In this document: positions 15,403 to 24,970 of the stretch, in pieces
Position numbering within the stretch: position 1 is the stretch's first letter
How the letters are laid out: every line of letters starts with the position of its first letter
Origin: a virus
Lineage: Duplodnaviria; Caudoviricetes
DNA: 27,925 nt
Virus record (IMG/VR): IMGVR_UViG_3300028326_000020
Location: 1 to 27,925 of that record
Direction: 5' to 3' (one strand)
Made by a program: the position numbers and the translations under genes
The notes under the pieces: generated by a model
Told to the model about the DNA's origin: nothing
Databases searched by the model: none
What the model saw: only the letters and a program-made list of their open reading frames with translations

Positions 15403-15423
15403 AGACGCTGCGGCGTCTTTTTT
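15403..15423 (+). terminator. Terminator-like hairpin just upstream of terS
   Basis: AGACGC-TGCG-GCGTCT followed by a T run. Confidence 0.55.
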
Positions 15424-15440
15424 CTTTGGGAGAATAAAAA

Positions 15441-16124
15441 ATGGACGATATAAAGACAAGCGACCTCGCAGAACGTGACTATATCGCCGGTATGAAGTAT
15501 AAGGACATAGCCGAGAAATATGACGTATCAATTAATACGGTTAAGTCCTGGAAGAAAAGACATAACTGGGTGCGGGGCGCGGGTGAAAAGTGTGCACCCG
15601 AAAAAGCGGGTGCGGTTGCAGAAACACAGACAGAAGAAGAAAAAAACGAAAACGGACTGAATGAAAAACAGCAGCTTTTTTGTATATATTATGTCAAAAA
15701 ATTTAACGCTACCTGGGCCTACCAGAAGGCCTACGGCGCTGATCCCGTCGTAGCGCGGTCAAACGGCTGTAAATTACTAGCAAAAAACAGCGTGCAGGAA
15801 GAAATAAACAGGCTGAAGGAATCAAAGCTGAATAAAGCTATGCTGGAGCCTGAAGATATCATACAAAAATATATCGATATAGCCTTTGCTGACATAGGTG
15901 ATATCGTCAAAATGAAGAATGGGCGCATAAAGATATCGGCCGATGAAGGAACTGATACCAGCGTTATAGCTGAGATATCTTCCGGAAAAACTGATAAGGT
16001 CAAAATGTATGACAAATTTAAGGCGCTGGAAGCACTTAAGAGCATCCAGGGGACAGCTGAAGAGGAAACTAAGAGCATCCTTGACCAGATGCTTGAGAGG
16101 TACCAAGATGCCGATAAATACTAA
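15441..16124 (+). CDS. terS: Terminase small subunit
   Basis: [30 protein letters not shown] plus [12 protein letters not shown]...NAT.AY.KAYG and YDKFKALE motifs. Confidence 0.93.
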   Translation: MDDIKTSDLAERDYIAGMKYKDIAEKYDVSINTVKSWKKRHNWVRGAGEKCAPEKAGAVAETQTEEEKNENGLNEKQQLFCIYYVKKFNATWAYQKAYGADPVVARSNGCKLLAKNSVQEEINRLKESKLNKAMLEPEDIIQKYIDIAFADIGDIVKMKNGRIKISADEGTDTSVIAEISSGKTDKVKMYDKFKALEALKSIQGTAEEETKSILDQMLERYQDADKY

Positions 16125-17793
16125 GGCCTATATAGAGGCATTTTTAAAGATAAGGACAAAAGACGGAAAAATAATCGATCTCAAGCTGAATAAGCCGCAG
16201 ATGAAATTGTATAGCGCTATCAAGGAGAGCTACACGGCAGGAAAGCCTATAAGGATAGTCATCCTGAAGGCCAGACAGGAAGGCTTCTCGACAGCGACAG
16301 AAGCGATCATTTTTAAGAACACCGCGACAGAACACAACGTAAGATCTGCGGTAGTGGCTCATGAATCAGACGCGACTAACAATCTGTTTGAGATGTTTAA
16401 GCGCTATTATGATAACCTGCCGGCGCAACTTAAGCCGGAGAAGAAAAAGAGCAACGCAAAAGAAGTCTTGTTTGCCGACAAAAACGGCAGCGGGCTGAAT
16501 TCATCCATAAGGTGCATGACCGCAGGAAATTCAGATATTGGACGTTCTGAGACTATCCAGTATCTGCATCTTTCAGAATTTGCATTCTGGCCAGGTAACA
16601 TAATAGACACATATACATCTATCATGCAGGCCGTGCCGGACACGCCGGACAGCATGGTGATAATAGAGTCAACGGCAAATGGATACAATGAATTTAAAAC
16701 TGTCTGGGACAATGCCGTAGCAGGTGAAAGCGATTTCACGCCTATCTTCTGCGCATGGTGGGAACTACCTGAGTATCGGAAAACGTTTGACGGCAGCAGG
16801 CTGACAGCTGAAGAGGAAGAAATTAAAAGGACTTATGACTTGGAAGATGATCAGATAGCATGGCGCAGATGGTGCATCAGAAACAACTGTAACGGCAGCA
16901 TTGATAAGTTCCGACAGGAATATCCTGCATGCCCTGAAGAGGCCTTCATCATGTCAGGTTCGCCGGTATTTAACATTGAAAAAATCGTTAAGCGCATAGC
17001 AGAGCTTAGGAAACTCTTTGAGAAGGATCCGTATAGGATAGGAGCGTTTAGCTATGAATGGAATGATGCTGATCATGAGGACTTCATTAGATCAGACAGC
17101 ATTGAATTTAAAGACAATAAAAACGGCAGCATTAAAGTGTATGAAGAACCTGTACCAGGCTATCCGTATGTCATATCAGGAGACACTAAAGGTGAAGGTA
17201 GCGACTATTACGCAGCCACTGTAATCAATAACGTGACCGGTAAGCGTGTGGCCAGCATGCATATGGACTTAAGCAACTCAAAGCCTTTTACCTGGCAGAT
17301 CTACTGTCTTGGCAGATGGTATAATGACGCGCTGATCGGCATAGAGATAAACTTTAATACTGCGCCGATTGAAGAGCTGACAAGGCTTGGTTATGAGAAC
17401 CAGTATGTCAGAAGGAAATACGACGATTACACTAAACGGCTTGAAAAGAAACTGGGCTGGAAGACGGACGGCAACACACGTCCGCTCATAATTGATAAAG
17501 AGGTCGGCATCATTGAGAATGATATCGGCCTTATTTCTGATATTGAGACGCTTGAAGAGGCTATGACTTTTGTATATGACGAAAACGGAAGGCCTGACGC
17601 GATGCCAGGCAAGCATGATGATCTGCTGCTGTCGGAAATGATAGCCAACGAGATAAGGAGCCAGCAGAGCCGAGAGGTTGCCGCCGGCAGCGAAATAAAG
17701 ATGCAGTGGACAGACGACATGTACGAAGATTACTGGAATGCAACCGCTGAAATGAAGCGGGCGCTGATTGAGAAATGGGGTGCACCTAATTGA
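16108..17793 (+). CDS. terL: Terminase large subunit
   Basis: Walker [11 protein letters not shown], Walker [16 protein letters not shown], nuclease SGD...SDY and HDDL; start at ATG 16108. Confidence 0.95.
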   Translation: MPINTKAYIEAFLKIRTKDGKIIDLKLNKPQMKLYSAIKESYTAGKPIRIVILKARQEGFSTATEAIIFKNTATEHNVRSAVVAHESDATNNLFEMFKRYYDNLPAQLKPEKKKSNAKEVLFADKNGSGLNSSIRCMTAGNSDIGRSETIQYLHLSEFAFWPGNIIDTYTSIMQAVPDTPDSMVIIESTANGYNEFKTVWDNAVAGESDFTPIFCAWWELPEYRKTFDGSRLTAEEEEIKRTYDLEDDQIAWRRWCIRNNCNGSIDKFRQEYPACPEEAFIMSGSPVFNIEKIVKRIAELRKLFEKDPYRIGAFSYEWNDADHEDFIRSDSIEFKDNKNGSIKVYEEPVPGYPYVISGDTKGEGSDYYAATVINNVTGKRVASMHMDLSNSKPFTWQIYCLGRWYNDALIGIEINFNTAPIEELTRLGYENQYVRRKYDDYTKRLEKKLGWKTDGNTRPLIIDKEVGIIENDIGLISDIETLEEAMTFVYDENGRPDAMPGKHDDLLLSEMIANEIRSQQSREVAAGSEIKMQWTDDMYEDYWNATAEMKRALIEKWGAPN

Positions 17794-19745
17794 TTTTAGA
17801 ATTAAGCGAATGGCAGGCAAGATATGAAGCTGCCAAAGATGATTACGACGCGAAGATAACTGAATTTGAGAAGTATCAGGACCAGTACGATGGCAAACTT
17901 CAGCCGGAGCGAGGAGCAGAGACTGAGACGATTTATAACTTCACGCTTGAGCTGATCGAATCGACTATTGATACGGGCATACCGCAGCCGAAAGTGACTG
18001 CCAGAGTGCCGAGCGAAAAAAACGATGCTTTGGCCAGAATAGCGGAGAACATGATCAAGAGCGAGCTGAAGAGGCTTGACTTTGACGTGATCAACGATAT
18101 GGACGAGCGCATCACAAAGATCATGGGCGGCGATGTCGGATTGCCGGAATGGGACAACAGCAAGAAGACGCATGACACGACAGGTGCCGTAGAGTTTAGG
18201 CTTATTGAACCTACTCAGTTCATTCCGCAGGAAGGTGTCTATGAGCGCGATAAGATGGATTATCTCTTTTTAGTGTTTAACGATACCAAGAGCAGACTTG
18301 AAAAGCGCTACAACGTTATCTTAGATTCGGAATCAGTAGACCTTGAGATAGATCCCAATGCTGACCTTACAGATGAACTTGTTACGCAGGTCATCTGCTA
18401 CTACAGAAATGATAAGGGATTTATCGGCTGCGTCAGCTGGGTGGGCGACACTGTCCTGATAGACGACGATGAGTACCAGGCACGCGGCGAACAGATATGC
18501 ACGCGCTGCGGAAAAGCTAAAGTCATAGGTCAGACGGTCTGCGACTGCGGCAACAATAAATATAAAAAGCGTAATCTGCGCTTTGAGGAACTGACAGAAG
18601 ACATAGTTAGATCTGACGGAACAGTTATTCCGGCAATGTCGCCGGCACGGGATGAAAACGGAAATTATGCTTATCGAGAGATCCCAGTGCAGAAGAAAGA
18701 GCAGGGACCTGAAGGCTATTACCAGCCGGTCTATAATAGAGTATTTGACGAAAATATGAATGTAATCGGAGAAGAGCCGGTTATAGAGCTGCAGCAGGAA
18801 ACATACGAGGAGCCGACTAAGATTCCTTATTACATCCCAAGGCACTTCCCAGTTTGCATACGTCAGAACATCAGCAAAAGAAGATCTGTCATAGGTGTGT
18901 CAGACTGCGAAGTCATATACAAGCAGCAGGACAACGCCAACAAAATAGCGACCAGGATGATAGATAAGCTCTATTCTCAGGGCAGCATCCTTACAAAGCC
19001 TAAAACACTTAACTTCACATTTAAAAACGGCATACAGATTTTAGAGGTCAACGATCCTACGCAGGTCGGACTTATAAATAAATACGACATGGCATTTGAT
19101 ACTCAGGCAGATATGAATGCTATCAACGAGATGTACTTCTGGGCCAAAAGCCTTTTGGGTGTTAATGATACATCACAGGGCAAGTCAGACACTACTGCTA
19201 CATCCGGAAAGGCAAAGGAACTGCAGATAAGCAGAGCGTTAGGACGCCAGGCTTCAAAAGTCACGATGAAGAGTGCTTTTTATTCAGATATCTTCAGAAC
19301 GATATTTGAATTCATGCTGGCTTATTCCGATGAGCCTAGAAGCTTCCCGTATCAGACAGACGAAGGCGAGATCACTGAAATGCAGTTTAATCGCTATGAC
19401 TACCTGGAACAGGATGAATACGGAAACTGGTTTTATAACGATAACTTTGAGTTTGAGGTTGATTCAAACGCCACATCAAGCGAAGACAGACAGAACCTGC
19501 TGGATCTTATGCAGGCTGACTTTAGCGCCGGTCTTTACGGAAACCAGCAGGAGCCTGAAACTATGCTGGCATTTTGGCAGGACAGAGACCTGTATGGCTA
19601 CCCAGGAGCCAAAAGACAGATAGCCAGATGGCAGAAGAAAGTTGAAGAGGCCAAACAGGCACAGCAGCAGGTGATGATACAGCAGGAAATGATGCAGACT
19701 GAGGCGCCGCAGCAGGAGGAAGGTGAAATAGTTGATCAGATGTAA
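17790..19745 (+). CDS. Portal protein (large, podovirus-like) with a Zn-ribbon-containing insertion
   Basis: Follows terL; 651 aa; LLGVNDTSQGK...TSGKA pattern; Q-rich C-terminal helix. Confidence 0.87.
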   Translation: MILELSEWQARYEAAKDDYDAKITEFEKYQDQYDGKLQPERGAETETIYNFTLELIESTIDTGIPQPKVTARVPSEKNDALARIAENMIKSELKRLDFDVINDMDERITKIMGGDVGLPEWDNSKKTHDTTGAVEFRLIEPTQFIPQEGVYERDKMDYLFLVFNDTKSRLEKRYNVILDSESVDLEIDPNADLTDELVTQVICYYRNDKGFIGCVSWVGDTVLIDDDEYQARGEQICTRCGKAKVIGQTVCDCGNNKYKKRNLRFEELTEDIVRSDGTVIPAMSPARDENGNYAYREIPVQKKEQGPEGYYQPVYNRVFDENMNVIGEEPVIELQQETYEEPTKIPYYIPRHFPVCIRQNISKRRSVIGVSDCEVIYKQQDNANKIATRMIDKLYSQGSILTKPKTLNFTFKNGIQILEVNDPTQVGLINKYDMAFDTQADMNAINEMYFWAKSLLGVNDTSQGKSDTTATSGKAKELQISRALGRQASKVTMKSAFYSDIFRTIFEFMLAYSDEPRSFPYQTDEGEITEMQFNRYDYLEQDEYGNWFYNDNFEFEVDSNATSSEDRQNLLDLMQADFSAGLYGNQQEPETMLAFWQDRDLYGYPGAKRQIARWQKKVEEAKQAQQQVMIQQEMMQTEAPQQEEGEIVDQM

Positions 19746-19920
19746 ATGCATGGCAGAGCCGAGAATAAGACAGGCTATGCCTGTACAGATGGACGGAAAA
19801 GCCTACTGGCTGCAGATTTTTACTTGTGATAATCCGCAGTGTGAGAACTATCAAAAGGATATAGGAGAAAGACGAACCAACATATCCGATGAACAGGACA
19901 CAACTGAAAAAATGTACTGA
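19732..19920 (+). CDS. Small Cys-containing hypothetical protein
   Basis: CKC...CDNPQC; GAAGGTG RBS, TTG start. Confidence 0.6.
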   Translation: MIRCKCMAEPRIRQAMPVQMDGKAYWLQIFTCDNPQCENYQKDIGERRTNISDEQDTTEKMY

Positions 19921-19925
19921 TAATC

Positions 19926-19945
19926 AGGGCCGGAAGGCCCTTTTT
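19926..19945 (+). terminator. Intrinsic terminator
   Basis: AGGGCC-GGAA-GGCCCT-TTTT. Confidence 0.7.
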
Positions 19946-19974
19946 ATATATCAAAAATAAAGGAGAAAAATACA

Positions 19975-20787
19975 ATGTTTAAAAAATACTTTGATCGCTT
20001 CTTACCGCTCATGGCGCCTGAAGGTGCCAGTGCAGGCGAAACAAATCCGGAATCCGCCGAACCGGAGGAAGAAGAAGGTGCAGAAGATCCTGAAATCACC
20101 GAGCAGGACGACGAAGACGAAGATCCCGAAGAAGAAGAACCTGAAGAGGACGAAAGGGACTACGAGAGGGACGCCGCATTTGCACAGATGCGCCGCGAAA
20201 AAGAAGAAGCGGAGCAGCGCGCAGCTGAAGCTATGAGCTGGTTTGAGCGCGACATCAAAGGAAGCATCAATCCGTACACCCAGGAACCGATTGAGACTAT
20301 TGAAGATTACAACGAATATGTTGAACAGTATCAGCAGGACCAGCTGGAACAGGCAGGACTCCCTGCGGATCTGATAGAAAAAGCGATAGCCAATCATCCT
20401 CTGATCAGACAGGCCGAGGAGCGGGCAGAACGTGAAGAACAGCTGAGAAAAGAAAGCATGTTTAACACAGAACTTGACAATATCAGACGCCTTAATCCTG
20501 AAATCAAATCTTTGGAGGATCTCAAGAACATTGAAGACTACGACGTCTTTGAGGGGCTGGTCAAATCTGGGATGCACATTGACGCTGCATATAAGAGGCT
20601 TATGAGCTTGAAGCAGCCAAAAGGTGAAAAGAAGGACACGACCGGACACATGAAGACCGTCGACGGCGTTTCCGGAAATGACATCAACATTCCGGCTGAG
20701 ACGCTGATGTACTATAAGGCCCTTATGCCGCATGCAACCATGAAGGAAATAAGAGCCCATTACGCTAAATCCAAGAGAGGAGAATAA
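19975..20787 (+). CDS. Capsid scaffolding protein
   Basis: Very acidic N-terminus, helical/coiled-coil body, position before the major capsid gene. Confidence 0.8.
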   Translation: MFKKYFDRFLPLMAPEGASAGETNPESAEPEEEEGAEDPEITEQDDEDEDPEEEEPEEDERDYERDAAFAQMRREKEEAEQRAAEAMSWFERDIKGSINPYTQEPIETIEDYNEYVEQYQQDQLEQAGLPADLIEKAIANHPLIRQAEERAEREEQLRKESMFNTELDNIRRLNPEIKSLEDLKNIEDYDVFEGLVKSGMHIDAAYKRLMSLKQPKGEKKDTTGHMKTVDGVSGNDINIPAETLMYYKALMPHATMKEIRAHYAKSKRGE

Positions 20788-20790
20788 ACG

Positions 20791-20937
20791 ATGAAAGACA
20801 CATATGCAGGAAACATCAAAAACAGCGGAAGCCAGTCAGTAGACGCCATTTATCCGCAGGACAAAACGAAGAAGGGCAAAGTGATCAAGGGCGATGACCT
20901 GAGAGCTAACCCAAGCAAAGTTAAAAATACTAAATAG
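20791..20937 (+). CDS. 48-aa basic hypothetical protein, absent from the ORF track
   Basis: MKDTYAGNIKNSGSQSVDAIYPQDKTKKGKVIKGDDLR...; GAGGAG RBS. Confidence 0.65.
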   Translation: MKDTYAGNIKNSGSQSVDAIYPQDKTKKGKVIKGDDLRANPSKVKNTK

Positions 20938-20948
20938 GAGGTAAAAAA

Positions 20949-21953
20949 ATGGCAATATTTCAGGAATCCGGCGCACTGAACAATTCCGTATTCGGGAAAT
21001 CTCAGGAGCCTATTAAAATGCTTATAGAAGCGAAAGAAGAAGCATGGCAGAAGCAGTCTGTAGTTGAGAAGGTATTCGCAATGAATGAATCCAACAATTT
21101 TGCAGAAAAGTATGCCGGCATGACAGCGATGGGCGGTTTCAAGCCGACTGCAGAAGGCGGAGAATATGGCCGCGATGATATGCAGGAAGGATTTTCCAAG
21201 GTAATCGAGAATGTGACCTGGAAAGACGCATTTGAGATCACGCAGGAAATGATCGAGGATTCAAAGACTATCGACCTCAGACAGAGACCTACGGCATTCG
21301 TGAATGGATACTACAGGACCAGAGAGCAGTTCGGAGCTGCACTTCTCGGCAGCGCGACTGCTGCTGATAAGGTGACCTTTAGCGGTACGGACTTTTCAAC
21401 TCTCTGCGCAGACGGCAAGAACGTCTTTGCGATTGATCACCCGACTAAAGTATCCGGAGCTGTACAGTCAAACAAATACACTGACGCATTTTCAGCTGAC
21501 GCTTTGTCATATGGGGAAGAAAAGATGCAGAACTTCAGGGGAGACAATGGTGATATCCTTGGCGTTTCGCCTGATACAATCATCATCCCTAATGTAGCGA
21601 TGCTTAAAAAGACAGTGTTTGCCGCTATCGGTGCTGATAAAGATCCTGCGACTGCAAACAACGGATTCAACTTCCAGTTTGGAAGATGGAACGTTATCGT
21701 TTGGTCATATCTGAATCAGTATGTAACTGCAACAGCTGGAGTATATCCTTGGTTCCTGCTTGATTCGACATGGAACGAAGAGAATGCCGGCGCTATCTGG
21801 CAGGACAGAATCAAGCTGACTATCAAGTCAACAATAGAAGACAACAACGACAACAATGTATGGAGAGGCAGAGCTAGATTCAATGCTGGCTTTGGAGATT
21901 TCCGTGCGCTGTTGGCTGGCGGATGTGCTGCAGGTTCGACCTTTACGGCATAA
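20949..21953 (+). CDS. Major capsid protein (HK97 fold, Mu gpT-like)
   Basis: 334 aa; EGGEY...FEITQEMIED, ADGKNVFAIDHP, PDTIIIP, PWFLLDS, RFNAGFGDFR patterns; strong RBS and downstream terminator. Confidence 0.9.
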   Translation: MAIFQESGALNNSVFGKSQEPIKMLIEAKEEAWQKQSVVEKVFAMNESNNFAEKYAGMTAMGGFKPTAEGGEYGRDDMQEGFSKVIENVTWKDAFEITQEMIEDSKTIDLRQRPTAFVNGYYRTREQFGAALLGSATAADKVTFSGTDFSTLCADGKNVFAIDHPTKVSGAVQSNKYTDAFSADALSYGEEKMQNFRGDNGDILGVSPDTIIIPNVAMLKKTVFAAIGADKDPATANNGFNFQFGRWNVIVWSYLNQYVTATAGVYPWFLLDSTWNEENAGAIWQDRIKLTIKSTIEDNNDNNVWRGRARFNAGFGDFRALLAGGCAAGSTFTA

Positions 21954-21971
21954 TCAATAACTCACTAAATC

Positions 21972-21996
21972 AGGGACGGGAAACCGTCCCTCTTTT
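21972..21996 (+). terminator. Intrinsic terminator after the capsid gene
   Basis: AGGGACGG-GAAA-CCGTCCCT-CTTTT. Confidence 0.8.
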
Positions 21997-22019
21997 GTCA
22001 TATCTGAAAGGAGTTTAAA

Positions 22020-22184
22020 ATGAGAGAAGTAAATGAAATCTACCAGAAGGAAGACGGAAGATTTTTTAAAGTAGACATAGTAAACGAAGATAGCATTATT
22101 TCAGAACACTGCGTTGAATGTCCTGAAGTACCTGCTGAAAAGAAACCGAAAGTAAAAAAGAAAGCAGCTGAAGAGGTAGAGTAA
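22020..22184 (+). CDS. 54-aa hypothetical protein, absent from the ORF track
   Basis: MREVNEIYQKEDGRFFKV...; AAAGGAG RBS; TAATG overlap with the next gene. Confidence 0.65.
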   Translation: MREVNEIYQKEDGRFFKVDIVNEDSIISEHCVECPEVPAEKKPKVKKKAAEEVE

Positions 22185-23050
22185 TGAACTGGGGAGAATG
22201 TAAGCTGGCAGCTCTAAAGAAGCTTGATCCGGCTGTTACTAGCCTGGCAGAAACAAGAAACACTAAAGACTATCTGAATGCGATGATAGACGTGGCCAAC
22301 AGAGGCCTGTATGACCTTTCTTCTGCAGGAAAGTTTCTTATAGGACATGAGTTCTTAATCAAGCCTGCTGCGGTTCCAGACGCCTGTTCAACGCTTGGAG
22401 AAACGATATATTTTGAAGGTGACAACGTGACCTATGAATGCATCGGCGGCAAGTCATACTATCTTGAGATGGCCGGAAACGGCAGGGCTGAAATCTATGT
22501 TAATGGTATTCTCGTCAAAACGATTCTAAACACATCAACCCTTATCACATCGTATAAGGGGAATGTCGCTAATACATCAGATAGCAAAATGGAAATAGTC
22601 ATGACTGGAACGACAGAATACTATTTCAGGAATGTAGCTATTTACAAAATAACATATACATCAGATGCAGCAGTACCGGATTACAGCGAGCTGAGCTTCA
22701 TAGATCTGCGGGAACTTATCCCTGACTTCTATAGGATCCTTAATGCTAATGAGTACGATATGGACGGAGATTTTACTCTAGTGATCAGAGGTACTTCAGA
22801 AAGAAAATTCGATATCTCATATTATAAGTATCCTGAAAAAATCACTGAAGCAACTCTTGATTCATATGAGCTTCCGCTTGATCCGGAAGTAGCGCTTCTG
22901 CTTCCTGTATATATGGCATCAGAACTTGCAGAGGACGACGACACGTCGGTCGCTTACTATTTCCGCCAGCAGTATGATCAGGCTAAATCACAGCTGTCAA
23001 TGAACAACAATAACTATAGGACGACAGTAGAAGACGTATGGGGGTGGTAG
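22184..23050 (+). CDS. Head-tail adaptor / tail tubular protein A-like
   Basis: Position after capsid; helical N- and C-termini around a beta-rich insert; function inferred. Confidence 0.65.
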   Translation: MNWGECKLAALKKLDPAVTSLAETRNTKDYLNAMIDVANRGLYDLSSAGKFLIGHEFLIKPAAVPDACSTLGETIYFEGDNVTYECIGGKSYYLEMAGNGRAEIYVNGILVKTILNTSTLITSYKGNVANTSDSKMEIVMTGTTEYYFRNVAIYKITYTSDAAVPDYSELSFIDLRELIPDFYRILNANEYDMDGDFTLVIRGTSERKFDISYYKYPEKITEATLDSYELPLDPEVALLLPVYMASELAEDDDTSVAYYFRQQYDQAKSQLSMNNNNYRTTVEDVWGW

Positions 23051-23051
23051 T

Positions 23052-24959
23052 ATGCAGGCACCTACACCAAAAACAATGTATGAAATAGGCATCAGCAACT
23101 TTAACGGCATCGATCTCAGAAATGCGCCGTCAAAGTGCGCATCTACCAGAAGCCCGATGTGCGTCAATATGATGCGCGAAACTGCAGGCAACAATAGAAA
23201 AAGAAGAGGCTACGAAACTCTGTATAAGCTGGATGGAGAGATCAACGGCTTCCATACGCTGAAGCTTCCAGCAGAGACTAAAACAGTAGTGCATGCCGGC
23301 ACAAAGCTATATCTGCATGGAGACACGCAGACACTGCTGTACAGCGGAGCGAAGGACCACAAATCAACATCTGTGCAGGTTAACAGCAAGCTTTACATCT
23401 TTACCGGCGCTGAACTTTTGGTTTATGACGGCACGACGATAAAAACCATTGAAGAGGTCGCGCATATCCCTACGACCACGATAGCAAAGACTTATCTGGG
23501 CGGAGGAACATCTATGGAGCCTATTAACCTGATCACTCCCTGGAGGACAGAAAGGTTTACCGGCGACGATACGCATCTTACTTTTCAGCTGGGATATGGG
23601 GACATAAACACTGATACAGTGACTATAAAATCACTAAACAGCAGCGGAGCATTTGATACGCTGACGGAGGGCACAGACTTTACCGTTAACAGAACGCTTG
23701 GCACTTTCACTCTGACTGCTGCCAAAAAGACACCAGTTGACGGCATGGACAATCTATATGTCACTTACTCAAAGACTCATGCTGGATATGCTGACCGGAT
23801 AAAAAATTGCGATATCTGTATACTCTACGGAATCAATGGAGCCAGAGACAGGATATTTGCTTCCGGCAATGATACCTATAGAAACTACGACTGGTATACA
23901 GATGCAGATGATCCAACGATGTGGGGAGACGCTTTTTACTGCGTGACCGGCCAGGATGACAGCGCTATCGTAGGATATGCGATAGTAAACGACTATCTGG
24001 TCGTCATGAAGAACTCGCCTAAACTTAATGATACCAACGCAGTTATGAGAACTGGCGGTTATGACAGCACGCTGGATAGGATAATATTCCGGTCTACGGG
24101 TTCATATTCCGCAGCAGGAGCACTTGGCAAGCATACTTTCCTGACGGTTGATAACGAGCCGATGTATCTTACGACTGAAAAGGATATTTCAGCCATAACG
24201 AGCAATGACATCATCGGCAATAAGGTGTCGCAGGAAAGAAGCTACTACATTAGCACAGAACTGGCGAAGGAAGCGGGTATTGAAGAGGCATATGTTGCAT
24301 ATTATGACGGCTTTTACATGCTGGCCATAAACGACCGCATATATCTGCTTGACTCAACGCAGTCTTCATATGAACAGAACGCACCTTATTCTACAAGACA
24401 GTATGAAGCGTACCTATGGACAGGAATAGGCGCCAGAGTGCTGGCGACTATTGACAACAGACTCTTTTTCGGAACTTCAGACGGTTCTGTTAAGAGATTC
24501 TTTAATTCAGACGTCGGCGGTTTTACCGACGACGGAATCACAACAGCAAATACTATTGAAATCGACGGTAAGCCAGTGACTACGACGGAATCATATCCGT
24601 GTTACTGGGATACATACGAGATCTATGGAACAAAGGCAGAACTTAAAAAGACTTTCAAGCGTCTTGCAGTATGCCTTAATGCATATGCTCATACCGGCTG
24701 CCGTGTATGGGCGAGGATTGACGGCATATGGCAGGTCATTTTCGACTATAACAACTCAGCGGATTATTTCGACTTCTCTGATCTTGACTTCAGCCAGCTG
24801 TCATTTAGAACAGACAATACGCCTACACTCATAGGCGGAAAATTTAAAGCGAAAAAAGTTCTTCACATACAGTTCCGATTTGAGAACTCTAAGCCTCAGC
24901 CGTTTTCGGTTTTATGGGCGATAGCAAAATACACTTACGGAAATGATTACGTGAAGTAG
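23052..24959 (+). CDS. Podoviral tail nozzle / DNA stabilization protein-like (beta-propeller)
   Basis: 635 aa beta-rich protein with FNGID N-terminus and propeller-like repeats, follows the adaptor. Confidence 0.65.
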   Translation: MQAPTPKTMYEIGISNFNGIDLRNAPSKCASTRSPMCVNMMRETAGNNRKRRGYETLYKLDGEINGFHTLKLPAETKTVVHAGTKLYLHGDTQTLLYSGAKDHKSTSVQVNSKLYIFTGAELLVYDGTTIKTIEEVAHIPTTTIAKTYLGGGTSMEPINLITPWRTERFTGDDTHLTFQLGYGDINTDTVTIKSLNSSGAFDTLTEGTDFTVNRTLGTFTLTAAKKTPVDGMDNLYVTYSKTHAGYADRIKNCDICILYGINGARDRIFASGNDTYRNYDWYTDADDPTMWGDAFYCVTGQDDSAIVGYAIVNDYLVVMKNSPKLNDTNAVMRTGGYDSTLDRIIFRSTGSYSAAGALGKHTFLTVDNEPMYLTTEKDISAITSNDIIGNKVSQERSYYISTELAKEAGIEEAYVAYYDGFYMLAINDRIYLLDSTQSSYEQNAPYSTRQYEAYLWTGIGARVLATIDNRLFFGTSDGSVKRFFNSDVGGFTDDGITTANTIEIDGKPVTTTESYPCYWDTYEIYGTKAELKKTFKRLAVCLNAYAHTGCRVWARIDGIWQVIFDYNNSADYFDFSDLDFSQLSFRTDNTPTLIGGKFKAKKVLHIQFRFENSKPQPFSVLWAIAKYTYGNDYVK

Positions 24960-24970
24960 AAAGGAGAAGC

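Noticed and set aside
20002-20760. 252-aa Phe-rich minus-strand ORF
   Set aside because: Mirror of GAA-rich codons of the scaffold gene.
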